Below are positions 62,451-64,000 of a stretch of 64,000 nucleotides of DNA, one piece after another. A program made the position numbers and the translations under genes. The DNA lies in contig JAWBQY010000001.1 of the NCBI GenBank assembly GCA_038844925.1, positions 224,361 through 288,360 on the forward strand. Reading direction: 5' to 3'. The notes beneath the pieces are model-generated. The model made no database searches, was not told where the DNA came from, and saw only the letters and a list, made by a program, of their open reading frames with translations. Position 1 is the first letter of the stretch. Each line of letters opens with the position of its first letter. Origin of the DNA: Sulfolobales archaeon (GTDB taxonomy: Archaea > Thermoproteota > Thermoprotei_A > Sulfolobales > NBVN01).

Positions 62451-62993
62451 CTTCTTCTTAACTCTTCTTTTCCTCTTACGTCTAACTAGGTTTTTAGGCT
62501 TCCTAGAAGCTACTCCCTCATCGATTAGTAGCATCCTAACACCTGACTCAGTCCTCAGTAGAACTCCTAGGCAATCACTACATCCGTCAAAGTTTAGAAC
62601 GCCTTCAAAGACGTATACCCCATCAGGTACTTCAAGTTGTTTGGCATTGATCTGAGACCCGTAGAATACGTCAACCTCCTTACTATTAGTATATTTTGTC
62701 AGGACCGACATAGCGATAAGTTTCTCAGGTTTAGGTGATATGAGATTTTTGGGGTGTTTAAACTTCTTTAAATATTCGAATAGTTCCACACACTGAGAGT
62801 TACTACAATCACTTACTAATACGCAATCACATTCTGAGAGCTCTGAAGACTTCATTAAGTCGTTCAGACTTAACTGACCTATACTACTATTACCATCAAG
62901 TGTTAATTCCTTAACCAACTTCAATACGGTAAGTTTTACCTCACCAAAACTTGCATCAACTATTTTAAAGCATTTAACTCTCATGTGATGCAT
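62433..62993 (-). CDS. Hypothetical protein with a basic C-terminal tail
   Basis: 186-aa ORF co-oriented with the upstream kinase gene; RRKRKRRVKKKSKKKR tail. Confidence 0.6.
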   Translation of the reverse strand: MHHMRVKCFKIVDASFGEVKLTVLKLVKELTLDGNSSIGQLSLNDLMKSSELSECDCVLVSDCSNSQCVELFEYLKKFKHPKNLISPKPEKLIAMSVLTKYTNSKEVDVFYGSQINAKQLEVPDGVYVFEGVLNFDGCSDCLGVLLRTESGVRMLLIDEGVASRKPKNLVRRKRKRRVKKKSKKKR

Positions 62994-63010
62994 TTTCCTA
63001 CGAACACTTC

Positions 63011-63499
63011 CTATCTCTTATATCCTATTCTCCTAAGGAACTCCCTCCTCTCCCTCTTATCTTCTTCCCCCTCAATCCCCAAAGACTTAAACCCATCAAC
63101 AACTCCTAGCACAGATCTACCCTGCTCTGTCTCAGCAACTATTACCTGCAGCGGGTTAGATGTTGCAGCATATATCGTGGTAACTTCTTGAACGTGTTTT
63201 AAGGCGTTTAAGACGTTAATAGGCCAGGCACCACTTATATACACTATGAACGTGTGTCCAGCCCCGACCTTTAATGCATTTTCTTCAGCAAGTTTGATTA
63301 ACTGTGCATCATTGCCATCACTCCTCACCAACCTCTTACCACTAGCTTCGCAGAACGCCACGCCAAATTTAATGGAAGGCGTTGAAGTGACTAACGCCTC
63401 GTAGATATCCTCAACAGTTTTAATGAAGTGCGAGTGTCCTACTATTACACTAGTACCCTCAGGTACTGGAATGTTGATAACCTCAAACTTCAAACTCAT
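63011..63499 (-). CDS. Adenosine-specific kinase / AMP-binding protein (DUF355)
   Basis: [37 protein letters not shown]. Confidence 0.9.
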   Translation of the reverse strand: MSLKFEVINIPVPEGTSVIVGHSHFIKTVEDIYEALVTSTPSIKFGVAFCEASGKRLVRSDGNDAQLIKLAEENALKVGAGHTFIVYISGAWPINVLNALKHVQEVTTIYAATSNPLQVIVAETEQGRSVLGVVDGFKSLGIEGEEDKRERREFLRRIGYKR

Positions 63500-63569
63500 T
63501 AAGACCCCCTAAAGAAATCTACGCCAAGCTTATTAAGGTTTTCAATACTTTTGCTACTCCTAGCAATTC

Positions 63570-63735
63570 GTTTTTATTTTTTATTATTTATTTGTATCGA
63601 GGGACTTCCACCTTCCACGCAGACTTAGGTATCCGCATGGGTTCACGGGTGCTGTCGAATCAAACGACATGTAACTCCCATCTAATTCTGCCCCCAGGCA
63701 GCTTGGAGTACTACCCCACCACCGCCTAAGTTCAT
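63570..63735 (-). ncRNA. Putative structured ncRNA (pseudoknot; TnpB omegaRNA-like)
   Basis: Nested stems plus a 5'-to-3'-loop pseudoknot; TATA TTTATAAG at 63765-63758. Confidence 0.55.
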
Positions 63736-63757
63736 ACGAAAATAAAGAGAAACAACG

Positions 63758-63765
63758 CTTATAAA
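63758..63765 (-). promoter_or_regulatory. TATA box for the putative ncRNA
   Basis: TTTATAAG with a purine-rich BRE-like flank, about 24 nt from the first structured base. Confidence 0.5.
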
Positions 63766-63839
63766 TACCTTCCTCAAAAGCCAAGAAGAAAAACCCAAAT
63801 TTATATACCTTAATAGCACCTGTAATATCAGGTGGTAAA

Positions 63840-64000
63840 GTGGCTGAGGCGGTGAGGGTTTATGAACATTCAACTTATAAGGGTGTGTACGTAGTTGAAC
63901 TGGAAGACGGCTCTACTAGACTGGCAACTAAGAATTTAGTTCCCGGTAAGAAAGTCTACGATGAGTGGTTATTTAAGTTAGGCGATATTGAATACAGAGA
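63840..64000 (+). CDS. flpA: Fibrillarin (box C/D RNP methyltransferase), 5' part
   Basis: GTG start; VYVVELEDGSTRLATKNLVPGKKVYDE...EYR is the fibrillarin N-terminus. Confidence 0.9.
   Translation, partial: MAEAVRVYEHSTYKGVYVVELEDGSTRLATKNLVPGKKVYDEWLFKLGDIEYR

Noticed and set aside
63600-63735. TPP riboswitch, 5S rRNA or RNase P RNA identity for the structured RNA
   Set aside because: ACCCGTGAACC resembles TPP, but the UGAGA motif is absent; 5S and RNase P conserved regions are not in the right order
63584-63873. Two short minus-strand ORFs (66 and 63 aa)
   Set aside because: They overlap the structured RNA, promoters and fibrillarin start; better explained as non-coding or a vestigial TnpB tail

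Overview
A gene-dense, AT-rich archaeal chromosome segment, most likely a hyperthermophilic crenarchaeon (Thermoproteota, Desulfurococcales/Sulfolobales-like). The markers are an Rpo13-like subunit, an ESCRT-III-like gene, S26e, a split-type tRNA endonuclease subunit and BHB tRNA introns. It is mostly housekeeping: five aminoacyl-tRNA synthetases, aIF1A/aIF2alpha/aIF2beta, ribosome biogenesis factors, RadA (with a mini-intein), PCNA, FEN1, Lhr, Cdc48 and type IV pilus parts. It also holds two intron-containing tRNAs (Tyr; Trp with two introns), three box C/D guide RNAs and decayed IS200/IS605-like sequences. Main signals: (1) About nine genes appear to initiate at near-cognate codons (ACG, ATA, ATC, CTG) behind good Shine-Dalgarno motifs. 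In rps26e and dph6 no ATG/GTG/TTG can supply the conserved N-terminus. (2) A stand-alone, promoter-bearing, pseudoknotted RNA at about 63570-63735 resembles an orphan TnpB omegaRNA. (3) The tRNA-Trp intron is complementary to both of its own splice junctions and sits in a cluster of tRNA-targeting C/D guides. (4) A 96-bp perfect repeat joins the two AAA domains of cdc48. All assignments come from reading motifs by eye; no database searches or folding programs were run.
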